Positions 1 through 10,561 of a DNA stretch of 64,000 nucleotides are shown here, one piece after another; positions within the stretch are counted from its first letter, which is position 1, and each line of letters opens with the position of its first letter. Both the position numbers and the translations under genes were made by a program. This DNA comes from Carcharhinus amblyrhynchos (taxonomy: Eukaryota): assembly GCA_965287045.1 (NCBI GenBank), contig OZ336883.1, positions 31,744,001-31,808,000 on the forward strand, given 5' to 3'. The notes below the pieces were generated by a model. It was not told the origin of the DNA, made no database searches, and saw only the letters and a program-made list of their open reading frames with translations.

Positions 1-45
1 TTCTCATTCCGCACTGTATCTTTAATCCAAGAAAATACTCCTCAC

Positions 46-200
46 CTTGAGGTTTTCATAGTTAAGGTCAGTTTTGTGCTTGTCAGTAGGTTTATAGCCA
101 CCGTGACGGTCTCGAATTACTGGGTCAAAGAGGTCCTTGAAAACCTCATAGGATTCTTCATCACCAGCAACACAACCTACTGTCATAATAAATGGGTGAC
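46..200 (-). CDS. CKB: Creatine kinase B, exon 3 (gene continues beyond the left edge)
   Basis: Translates (G)[51 protein letters not shown]. Acceptor ccctgtacag| before 200 and donor AAG|gtgag after 46. 155 nt, phase 1 to phase 0, matching the vertebrate cytosolic CK exon structure. Confidence 0.96.
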
Positions 201-641
201 CTGTACAGGGAGAAAAGGGGGACAGATCCATCTTAATGCACGTAGACCTTCCGTTAATTGATACATGCAAGGTTAATAATTAAAAATCAGCCGTTCAGTG
301 CGAGAAGCCGTGTTTATTTTAACTAGAAGACAAGCATAAAGCAGCATGTCTTCAAAAATATTTGAACTAACTTTTTGTTTTGACTGGGAGCAACTTTTTC
401 CAATATTATGATTGGGATGGATCACTGATCATTACATCTTCTAACGTATTTACTTTAGAGTGAAATATACATGTTTGCAAAGGCATAAAAATATCAAGTG
501 GTTATATCACCAGGGGTAGTTTTACGTCTGGTGATAACGTGTGGCGATTTATCGCAGACAAAGCATCCCGGAGCCGACCACATTGTAAAGTCTCTCCACC
601 CAATCTGATGTGATCAATAATCTCAATTTAAAATGTTTTAC

Positions 642-819
642 CGGGATTATCAACCCCTGTCTGAATTACATCATCCAAAGTGAAGCCACTGGGGGTGGAT
701 TTGTTTTGGAGTTTCTTGTAGAGGTCCAGAGTGAGCACCTTGGCCATGTGGTTGTTGTGTTTGCTCAGGTCGGGGAACTCTTCCTGGGCCGACAGCCTCT
801 TTATCTTTAGCGGGGCCAT
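642..819 (-). CDS. CKB: Creatine kinase B, alternative first coding exon (short N-terminus, Ba-like); full exon 642-838
   Basis: [59 protein letters not shown](G). Acceptor ttttcattccgtgtag| before 838, strong Kozak ccgccATGG, phase-1 donor G|gtaaaa compatible with exon 3. Confidence 0.9.
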
Positions 820-1213
820 GGCGGGGGGAGGCTCACAGCTACACGGAATGAAAACCAGATACAACAATGAGACGGATCACACATCACATTCGCCATCCAC
901 TATCCCTCCTTTTCACAGAAGGTCGCTGGCCGTGGACATCTCAATCCATTCGGGGAGTGGGGTAGTATCTGAAAGCCATGAGGCTAAAACCAAGGACAAC
1001 CATTATAAAAAAAAGAGGATTATCACTTTTTTAAAAAGTTAACGATCCTCGCTGGTTTAGTTTGTAGGCAGGCTACTAACACAGCCGACAAAACAAAGTG
1101 GGGGGTTTGGGGTCAATATTTTTCCTCATTGGTGATTCCCTGGTGGCCTTTGGAAAGCAACACCTTCTGTAAACAAGGGGAGAGCAGACGGCTCGTCCGA
1201 ATGCGGCTTTTAC

Positions 1214-1406
1214 CTGGGTTGTCAACCCCGGTCTGAATGACATCGTCAAGGGTAAATCCGCTGGGGGTCTGCTTATCTCGCAGCTTGCTGTACAAGTCCA
1301 GGGTCAGGACTTTAGCCATGTGGTTGTTATGTTGGCTTAAATCCGGGAATTCTTCCTTAGCGGAATATTTCATCTTCAGAAGGTTGTGGCTGTTGCTGAA
1401 TGGCAT
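1214..1406 (-). CDS. CKB: Creatine kinase B, canonical first coding exon (MPFSNSH, Bb-like); full exon 1214-1419
   Basis: [64 protein letters not shown](G), a B-type CK N-terminus. 193 coding nt, acceptor tgtgttgcag|, phase-1 donor G|gtaaaa. Confidence 0.95.
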
Positions 1407-2571
1407 GGTTACCGCTTTACTGCAACACAAACAAGAGGGTTTTATGTATACACACACAAATAAATCCGATTTAATGCGGATTCCTGGTGTTAAGACTTTG
1501 AATTGTTTTGGTCTAACTGATGTAAATAATGCTTATTAAGAATTTAAATTGAGTCCCATTTGCAGATTTTTAAAACAAAACATGCCATTCAGCAAGAATG
1601 CGAGTGAATTCGAAAACTAATTAAATAATCCGACATTTACAAAGTGCTTGAAATAGATAATCTAAAAGCAACTTCTGAGTGAATGCGGCAGTCCTTTGCA
1701 TCTTTCAGACGCTCTAATCCCCTCGCAATCAGAGCAATGACTAAACACGATTTATTTTTTTAAAAAAATATAAATCTCGACATTTAGGGACGTTAAACAC
1801 CTTTCTTGCCCGTTCCATCCTTCTAGAAAGGCGATTTCATTGCCGATTAATTAATAATAACCCCTTGACATCCGCGTTACAGAAGACCTTATTGGATTCT
1901 CAAACAACCTTACGTTTACGTAAATTCCTCGTCCTTCCTGACCCTTTCGCATTGTATTCCAAGCAGAGAATTTAAGGGCAATTGAAGTACAGCAGCTATG
2001 TGTTAGGTCCAGATTAGAGCCAATGGATTAACACAAATACCATTCGTGATCCTTTCCAATACAAATAGCCGGCCGGGGTGGGGGAAGAGAGGAGAAAGAG
2101 CTTTTCTTTCGTTTAAGTGCAAATAAACGATATTTGAATGCTAATTCACAGATGAAAAACATTTTACTAACTAGGAAATTGCCATTGAGGTAGCAGAAGG
2201 TCCATAAAGCGCCACTCAAATATATTTCTTCAACACTGGTTTAGCAATCAATGCTCAAGAGGATTCTTTCAGAGCCACCATACATCCAAATGGATTATTT
2301 TTTTCTAGGTCGGTAATGATGAGCATTTGGTTATTAAATTAACAGTACAACCATCGCTTAAAAAAAACCTTGGTTAATTCCGAAACCAATTTTAATTCTG
2401 CTTCTCAAACGATATCTAATTTATTTAAATTAGATGTGTTAAATTTGCATTTCTGCTAGATTCTTCATCGCAAATGAAGATGCATGACTTTGAAATTAAG
2501 AGCATGGCAAAAATAAGAATTTGCAATTGCATTGTAGCGGCCAGGTTTTTAGTTTGCCGCAATGACCTTAC

Positions 2572-2660
2572 CTGGATGGTGGGAATTTTGGAAGAAACCA
2601 GTATTAATTCTCAGCCTGAGCTGGGTTTTTTTTCCCCTCTGCCTGTATCCGCGCCACACT
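2572..2660 (-). other. CKB: CKB non-coding exon 1 (5' end approximate)
   Basis: Strong donor CAG|gtaagg at 2572/2571, downstream of a TATA-like/CCAAT cluster on the minus strand. The TSS is not determinable from sequence. Confidence 0.7.
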
Positions 2661-2840
2661 GATTGGTGTCCGGCCACTCCGCACCTTCCCATTGGATTAT
2701 ATAGCGCAGCAGAGCCGCGCTCCAATTGGCTGCTTCATTGCAGCCCCATTCACTGGATGGCCTGTCAATCAAAGAGCACGGCTGGAGGGGCGGCGACGTC
2801 ATCACCCGGCGCCCCAGGACAAGGCGGTGACGTGATTAGT
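2655..2840. promoter_or_regulatory. CpG-rich promoter, probably bidirectional (CKB / TRMT61A)
   Basis: Minus-strand CTATATAATCCAATGGG (~2688-2704), further CCAAT boxes (~2662-2666, ~2722-2729), GC box GGGGCGG 2787-2793, CRE-like CGACGTCA 2794-2801 and TGACGTGA 2828-2835. High local CpG density. Confidence 0.75.
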
Positions 2841-2866
2841 GTGCGCCCAGAGTCAATTCGGTGGAG
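2800..2866 (+). other. TRMT61A: Candidate TRMT61A non-coding exon 1 (start approximate)
   Basis: Consensus donor GAG|gtgagt at 2866/2867 at the edge of the only obvious CpG island upstream of the TRMT61A ATG exon, which begins with a splice acceptor and so needs an upstream exon. Confidence 0.5.
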
Positions 2867-2958
2867 GTGAGTTTTTTTCTCCAGGCTTATCCCCACGTGC
2901 GTTAGAAGAGGCTTTTGGATTCAGGAGCGCTGAAAGCCCGTAAGGTTAGCCAGGCATT

Positions 2959-3256
2959 CATAGAATCCCTGCCGCGCGGGTGGAGGCCATTCGGCGCATC
3001 GAAGTCTGCGCCGACCCCAGTCCCCCCTCAGGCTCCATCCCTATGTATTTATCCTATTAATCTCATTACCCCTCCTACCCCCCCGGACACTAAAGGACAA
3101 TTTAACATAACCAATCAACCCGACCCCCAACACACTGGAGGGGGACCTGTAGCCGTGGGGAGAACGTGCAAACTCCACACAGACGGTGACCTGAGGCTGA
3201 AACTGAAGCTGGGTCCCTGGAGTTGTGAGGCAGCAGTACTAACCACTGTGCTGCCC
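2959..3256 (-). mobile_element. tRNA-derived V-SINE (HE1-like) with CR1-type tail
   Basis: Reverse complement shows the tRNA-like head (ggcagcacagtggttagtactgctgcctcac), the V-domain (tgtgtggagtttgcacgttctcc) and a tail ending gggattctatg. Confidence 0.85.
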
Positions 3257-4670
3257 TTTCATTAGGCTGCAGATTGGCCCTGGCCAGAGTTGCTACTTAC
3301 GTGTAGGAAGACCCTACTTGAAGCAATTGGGAGTTGCTATTGTTGCGACTGCTCCCAAACATCAAGTCTGCACCTCTTTTTAGGCCTCTGAGACACCCAG
3401 GTTTGAGTTCCATTCTACATTTGGGTTTAACAGTTCAGAACTGGGTACTGTGGATCATCACAATGAGCAGATTTATGGACTACCATTACCAACAAGTCAA
3501 GGGATTGTTGATCTGCAGGAGAGACTGGGAGTACTATATTTTGCATCCTCACCTTTTCCTTCTCTCCTATATACTCTATGAATAGTATGCTTTGTCTGTA
3601 TAGTTAGAAATAATTTTTCACTATCACAATACATGTGACAATAAATCATTGTTGAGTAGCAGGAGAATGCATCAACAACAGCACCCTGCAATCTTAAAAA
3701 TGAGGCAGCAACCTGGTGAAGCTACAACGTAGCTATATACATGCCAAACAGCCAGAAGTAGCATGTGACACATATTACAAAAACAATGACTGGGACTTTC
3801 TGGTCCTGCTGCAGGGGATATTGCCGCTCAGCTAAAAGTCCATTGACATTGTGGGACTAGCTGAGCTGGTGGTAGGTGGGGCTGGAAAATCCCATCTAGT
3901 GGATCAGATCAATGCTCTGTAATCCTGCTACACCCAGTAATGAATGGTGATGAAAAGTTAACCAGATGAGCAGACTGCACAAAGATCACCATCATCAATG
4001 ATTGGGAGCCCAGCATGTCAGTGCAAAAGATAAGCTTGAAGCATTTGCAACTACCTTCAGTCAGATGTGTCAAGAAGGTGGTGCATTTCTGGGGTCCCGA
4101 GAAACCAACATCTCAGTATTCAGCTAATTGAGTTCACTGCATGTGATATAAAGACAATAGGTACAGCAATGGACCCTGACAGCATCCCAGCTGCAGTACT
4201 GCTGAATGTTTTCAAGAACTAGCTGTGTCTCTAGTCAAAAAGTAAGACAAATCCAATCTGGCTAATTACTACCCCACCAGTCTACTCTCAATGATCAGCA
4301 AAGTCATTAAGATGTTGTTGACAATGCTATCAATTGACACTTAATCTGAAACAACCTGTACATGATTCTTAGTTTGGTTCTGCTGCAACCATTTGGGTCT
4401 AGATCTCATTACAGCATTGGTCCAAACATAGACAAAAGAGCTGAATTCAGTAAGTGTGGTGAGGGTGACTGCCCTTGCCATCAAAGAGCACTAGCAAAAT
4501 TGAAGTTATTGGGTTTCAGAAAATTCTCACTGGTTGGAATTACACCTAAAATATGGGAAGATGGTTGCAGGTCAATTACCTTTGATTCAAAACATCATAA
4601 CAGGAGTTCCTCAGGATGGTGACCTAGCCCTGATTATTTTCAATTACTTCCTTAATGTCAGAGGTTTTTT

Positions 4671-4938
4671 TTATTCATTAGTGTCACAAGTAGGCTTACA
4701 TTCACACTGCAATGAAGTTACTCTGAAAACCCTCTAGTAGTCACACTCCAGTGCCTGTTTGAGTACTGCAAGGGGCAATTTAGCATGGTCAGTGCATCTA
4801 ATCCTTACATCTTTGGACTGTGGGGGGAAACTAGAGAACACGGAAAGAACTTGCAGACACCACACACAATGATCCAAGCTAGGAATTGAACCTGGGTCCC
4901 TGGTGCTGTGAGGCAGCAGTGCTGACCAGTGTGCCATC
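4671..4938 (-). mobile_element. V-SINE with alternative (type-2) tail
   Basis: Same head and V-domain as the HE1-like copies, but the tail is ...aacttcattgcagtgtgaatgtaagcctacttgtgacactaatgaataa. Confidence 0.85.
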
Positions 4939-5229
4939 TTAGGTGATGTTGCTTCATGATTCTTCTTTGTTCATTATCATTTGTAACTCCACAAATCGTT
5001 TGTGCCTGCATACAGAGAGATGTAGATAATATCCAGGCTTGGACTGATGAGTGAAAAGTAACCTTCATGCACACAAGTGAAAGGCAATGCCATTCTAAAA
5101 ATATGTAATCTAACCATTCCCCTTTGATATTACCTTTGCTGAATTCCCCTACCATTGACATCCTGGGGGTTACCTTTGACCAGAAACTTAAATGGACCAG
5201 CCATATATGTACTGTGGTTCCAAGAGCAG

Positions 5230-5615
5230 TAAGAAGTCACACAACACCAGGTTAAAGTCCAACCAGTTTACTTGATAGTAAACCCACAAGCTTTCGGAAA
5301 CCGCTATTCCTTCGTCAGGTGTGTGGAAGGTTCTGATCAGAGAAAGGCATATAAAGGCACACACAGTTTACAGAATACTGACTAGAATGTGAGTCTTTAC
5401 AGCTAATCTACTATTCAAATCTTAAAGATGCAGACAATGTGAATGGAAATAGCATTAGGCATAGGTTAAAGAGATGTGTATTGTCTCTAGACAGGACAGT
5501 AAGTGAGATGTTGCAATTTCAGGCAAGTCATGGGGGTTACAGATGGTGTGCCATGAACCCATGACATTTCTTACTGTGTTTACCCCAGTCCAACGCTGGC
5601 ATCTCCACATCATGA
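5230..5615. mobile_element. Penelope-like element fragment with 13-bp flanking direct repeat
   Basis: GTTCCAAGAGCAG at 5217-5229 and 5616-5628 flanks the insertion. Ends are taagaagtcacacaacaccagg...ccccagtccaacgctggcatctccacatcatg. The family assignment is from recall of shark repeats. Confidence 0.6.
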
Positions 5616-6044
5616 GTTCCAAGAGCAGGTCAGGAACTGTGAAATCTGCAGCAAATAATTCACCTGACTCCCCAAAACATGTCCACCATCTATGACACAA
5701 GTCAGGCATGTGATGGAGTACAGTCTCTATTTGCCTGAATGAGTGCAGCTCGAACAACATTTGAGAAGCTTGATCAAATCCAGGGCACAGCAGCCCACTT
5801 GATCCACCACCGGAGCACATTAGAAGTTGTGCAAAGTGCGCTGCAACAACTTGCCGAGTGTCCTCTGACAGCACCTTACAACCTCCTAGAACAAAGGCAG
5901 CAGATATGTGAGAAGTAATTTAATTTTAACTATGTTCAAGCCTGACTGTCCAAGAGTTTAGGAATTATTGGTAAACCCTGAATTCCTTTCTCATTGTGGT
6001 AAATTCATGTGCTGTTCACAAAATGCTGTAGAATGGAATTCTCA

Positions 6045-6345
6045 ATTAGATTTAGTGCCAGGAAGTCCCAGGTCAGATATGACATGTCCAAAAGCAGAAC
6101 AGCAATGTGCCTTCAGTTTTGCTGGCTTAACCACCAACCCACATGTTCTGTCTTTGAGTAAGAGAGTCATTTCCTTCAACAATTTAGTGTCAAATTAAGG
6201 CATCTTTTCATGAGAAATTGAAATGAAGCTGCTTAAGTTCAATTCACTTAACAGCCTTACAATGAAAGTATGTGGAAATATTTGTCCTTTCAGCTCGAAT
6301 TGGATTTGACCTTGGAGGTGAATAGTTTAGTAACTCCATGCAGTA
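6045..6345 (-). mobile_element. LF-SINE-like ancient SINE relic
   Basis: The minus strand has colinear blocks TTCACCTC..GGTCAAATCCA, GGCTGTT..GTGAATTGA, AATTTGACACTAAATTG, GAAGGCACATTG and GCACTAAAT, resembling the LF-SINE consensus as recalled. Confidence 0.4.
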
Positions 6346-9045
6346 GGTAATTTTACAAGAGAAAATCTTTCCCCAAGTTTTTGCAGCTATGAATTGGTTT
6401 ATTGTTTTGGGTTCTGCCTGTCGGATAGAACATCTTCAGTACAATTATTCTGCCCAAGTGTATCATGCGCACACGTTTATTGCTGAGATATCTTTTGATC
6501 CCACGATGTGCTCATTTTTAAATGAACCATAATAATATACTTGCAGGGTTTGGTTACTTATGATTGCAGTGTATTTAACATTACAAATATCAAAACTTAA
6601 TCAAACTTAGCTGTCTATGAATCAGTGCTCTGCCAAACTTGTATCACATTTCTCATGCTGTCTAGTGTGTTGAATTTGAAATATTAAGTGCATGCCAGGT
6701 GCTATTATTAAATCTTCACACAGTTCATCAACTCTTCAGTCAAATCCCTCCATTACTAGTTTTAACTTATTTTATTCGAAGTCACTTCAATTACTTGTCT
6801 CTTATGAGCAGTTTTCTGTATAGCTTTCATTTGGTTTATGCTTTTTAGCTGTGTTATGTAGTTGCTCTCATGCCTTGAATCTTTCCTGTTGGCTAAATGT
6901 GACTTTAGATTTAAGCAGTTCACTGACTTCCAGTTTTCACTGGCCTGCAAACAACTACTGTTTCTGCTCCTTTACCACTGCTAAGATCCAGTTTTATTCA
7001 CTTTAGAAATGTAACTGTACATATTGCTCATTTAATGCGATTTCCCAGAAATGCATGTATCTTGCTCAGTGTGCCTTGAGTACTGCAGTGTGTTTTACAA
7101 TAAAAGTGGTTGCCTCTTTACACTCTTAACCTTATTTACACATATGTTGTGAGTTGGAAGGTAATGATAGATAATCTGTGTAATTCTGTACTGCAATGTG
7201 AATGACAAAGAGTCATTCATTGTGACCCAGAAGGAGGCCTTTAGCCCATCCAGCCCATGTCAACTCTGTGGAGCAGTCCAGGTTAGTCCCTTTCCCTGCT
7301 CTATCCACGGAGCTGTGCAAATTCATCTTCTTTAAGGGCCCATCCAATTTCCTTTTGAAATCATTGATTGTTCCCTTCCATTATCATCATCATATGTTTC
7401 CAGTTATTTCCATTTGTTGTGTAAAAGAAAGTTCTTCCTTGGAACACTCCCACCATATCTCTTGCACAGAACCTTAAATTTGTGAGCCCTAGACCTTGTA
7501 TTGTCAGCTAATGGCAACAGATTTTGTTTGTCTGCCTTAATTTGAGGTGATCATGTAACTCAAGTGATTTCTAAAACACTTGGGATGTGGGTATCATTGC
7601 TAATTCGTAGTTGCTCTTGGGATGGCAATGCTAGACCTTCTGGAGTTGCTGCTTTCCAGATTGTGAAATTGCTCTGTCAATACGACTGAGTAGAAAGTTT
7701 CAACCTTTTGATGCAATGTTAATGAAGTTATGAGAATATATGCTTAAATCAAGATGGCATGTGACTTTGAGGTGATGGTATTCCCTTTCCTCTTCTGTTC
7801 TTTATCTTCTAGGTGGAGGGGGTTACAGATTTGCAAGGTGTTGCTGAGGAAACCTTGGTTAAGTTTTGGCAGTGCATCCCATAGATAATACTGCAGTTGA
7901 GGTGACCAATGATGCTAAAGTGGGTGCTGAAACTATTGGATGGGATGCTGACAAAGTTGTCTGCTTTGCTTGACCAGCATTGTGCTTTAAGTGATTGTGG
8001 ATCTACAGCAATTTGGATAGTTGGAGAGGATTCTTGGTGTGTGTCTGGCAGGCAAAGGGGGAGACTTTCCAGTTCCCAGTATTTCAGTTCAAACTGTAAT
8101 TCACAAGCACTTAATTGTTGTAGAAATGTACTTAAATATGGTTGTGGAGAATATTGAGTGACAGTGAATAATAATTGCTTTATCAGTTTCAGCCATTTAA
8201 AATGGGAGTTTTAATGGACAAAACAGTCACAGCACTAATTTGATTACTTTCTAGTGTATGCCATGAGAATCTTTTACTAAATGAAGAAATTAAGTTTTGG
8301 AATTTATTTCATAGCTCTTGAAATGAATAAAGATTTTTCCAATGAACTTTGTACAATAATATTGTTAAAAGGTTTGTGTGATTTCTGGCTTAGTCCAGGT
8401 GTGTTAAAATTTATCCAGATAAAAGTCTTCAGTGTACTGATTATTTATTAAAGCTGTGGCTGTTGGAAAAAGAAAGGTAACTTCCAGCTGGTCTAATACA
8501 GTACAGATGTCACCTCATAACATTGAAGTAAGGTCTTTTTTCAAATTTTCAAACTGGGGTGCCCTTGTAAACTGTGCACGTTGTGTATTTAATAATGAAT
8601 GTATTTCTGATTGAATGCCTGCCTTCCTATTAAAAAAAAGTAGCATCACAGCACGAGCTTCCAAAATAATTCCTGCAATGTTTGAATATTACACCGCATA
8701 ATATACATGTGGTATATTGATCCTAGCAATATTATTTCTGGCAGGAATGATTATGGAACTGTTCCCAGCAGTGAAACACTGAGGATTTAGGGTTTAAAAA
8801 TAGGTAGCCTCACACAAGGGTATAATCCATTTATTGTGGTTATTAAGTGCCCAATCCTATTGAATACACAACTTCAACAATACATTTTCAGAAACAGCAA
8901 GTGTTTTTCTTCCCTGAGTGCATTCCATACAACTGGTTAATTGTACTAAGAAGTCAGTTGCTATATACTTATCCTGCATTAGTATCAGCAGCCTCTACTG
9001 CAGTTCTGTTTGCTCTTGGCATAGCTTTCAAGGCTCATTAGGTTG

Positions 9046-9195
9046 CTTTTTGGCTAAGATCAAGCATTGGATCAAGCCCAAGGTGGGGTGCGGTGCCTTA
9101 TCTTGTCAGCTTGGATCTTGTTTGTTTCTCTTGTGGGGACTATGAACTGGATTCAATTTGAATTTGTTTTTTGGAGCCGGCAAGGAGATGGATTT
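9046..9195 (+). pseudogene. Diverged U2 snRNA-derived sequence
   Basis: TTTTGGCTAAGATCAAG (U2 5' region, exact), then after a ~25-nt insertion GTGCGGTGCCTTATCTTGTCAG (U2 GTGTAGTATCTGTTCTTATCAG), then TTTTTTGGAGC...GGAGATGGA (U2 Sm site / stem III start). Confidence 0.7.
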
Positions 9196-9219
9196 GGGTC
9201 AGTTTGCATTTAAATAATG

Positions 9220-10370
9220 TCATTTAAGTAATATTCTCCATTTCTATTCTTCCTGCCGAAGTAGTCAAACTCACGCTTTCCCATATTTTGTTGCATCTAC
9301 TGTATTTTTTTTACACACTCCCTTAACCTGTCTGTATCCCTTCACAGATGCTGTGCCCTCTTCACAATTTTCTTTACTGTCTATCTTTGTGATGTCAGCA
9401 AATTTAGCTATTGTACATAGTTGAGGCCCACTGGCTATGGTTTTCCAACCCAAAAATGACCCATTTAATCCAACTCTCTGCTTCCTGTTAGTTAACCAAT
9501 TCTAATCTATTATTCCCAATGCCATATTGTGTGGTAACCTTTTATATGACACCTTATCAAATGCATTTGTACACCCAAATACACCACAGATACAGGTTCC
9601 TATTATCTGCTGGTTACTTCTTCAAAGAACTCCTATGAATTAGTTTTATGACAGGGAAATAGAATTTGACTATGTTGACTCTGCCTGATTGTATTATGAT
9701 TTTTATTTAAATGTCTCCTATTACCTCAAAAATGGATTCAAGCATTTTTCATATAACCATTGTTAGGCTAACTGGCCAATAGTTTTCCTGCTTTCTGTAT
9801 CCTTTTTTTGAATAGAGCTGTTACATTTGCAGTTTCCCAATCTGTTGGGACTGAATTTTGGAACCCACTTCTTTAAGACCCTAGGATGCAGGTCTTCAGA
9901 TCCAAGGGACTTCCAGCATTTAGTCCCAGTAGCTTCCCAGTACCTTTTGCCTAGTGATTGATTGTTCTAAGTTCCTTCCTCCCTCTTCCCTCTTGATTTT
10001 CAACTATTACTGAGATGCTTTTCATATTTTCTACAGTGAAGGCTCATACAAAATACCTGTTCAATGCCATTTCCTTGTTCCCCATTACTAATTTTCAGTT
10101 TCTGCCTTCAAGGGACAAATGTTAACTTTAGCTAGTGTCCTTTTTTATCTGCCTATAAAACCTCTTACTGTTTGCTTTTATATTACTAGCTAGCCTCCTC
10201 TCATACTTTAATTTCTCCCTTTTTAAAAAAAAGTCATTCTGAGCTGGTTTCTGAAATTTGTCTGATCTCACCTACCATTAATCTTCATAGTATTGTACAT
10301 GTCATCTTTCACTTTTATTCTATCCCTAACTTTCTTGGTTAGCCAAGGAACAGTGCACCGATCTCCTAGT
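9220..10370 (-). mobile_element. CR1-type LINE ORF2 remnant
   Basis: KFAD.TKI RT motif in ORF 9271-9453 and typical CR1 ORF2 sequence; degenerate. Confidence 0.75.
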
Positions 10371-10561
10371 CTTTCTCAATGAATAGTCAATATTATAAAA
10401 ATGTTTTCAAAATCTACAATTGCAGCATTTGAGGCCAGATACCAAACTTTTTTTAAATAAAACAAAACTGCTGGTTAAGATGAGATAAAATTAAGTGGAA
10501 AGGCTGTCTTCATACAATCAATAAAATCATTTGGCTTTTTGCATTGTAGCTTATTTCTCAC

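Larger units (their letters stand above)
3960..5910 (+). mobile_element. Decayed LINE ORF2/RT fragment with nested SINE and Penelope-like insertions
   Basis: GVPQ...IFNYFLN RT motif remnant at ~4600-4655 and an 'ILGVTFDQKLKWTSHI'-like remnant at ~5160-5205. Many stops and frameshifts. Confidence 0.7.

Noticed and set aside
731-1539. Plus-strand ORFs of 100-103 aa (731-1042, 1237-1539)
   Set aside because: Antisense shadows of the two CKB exons, with no independent coding signal.
2562-3265. GC-rich ORFs of 102 and 116 aa
   Set aside because: They overlie the CpG promoter and a V-SINE; openness is explained by base composition.
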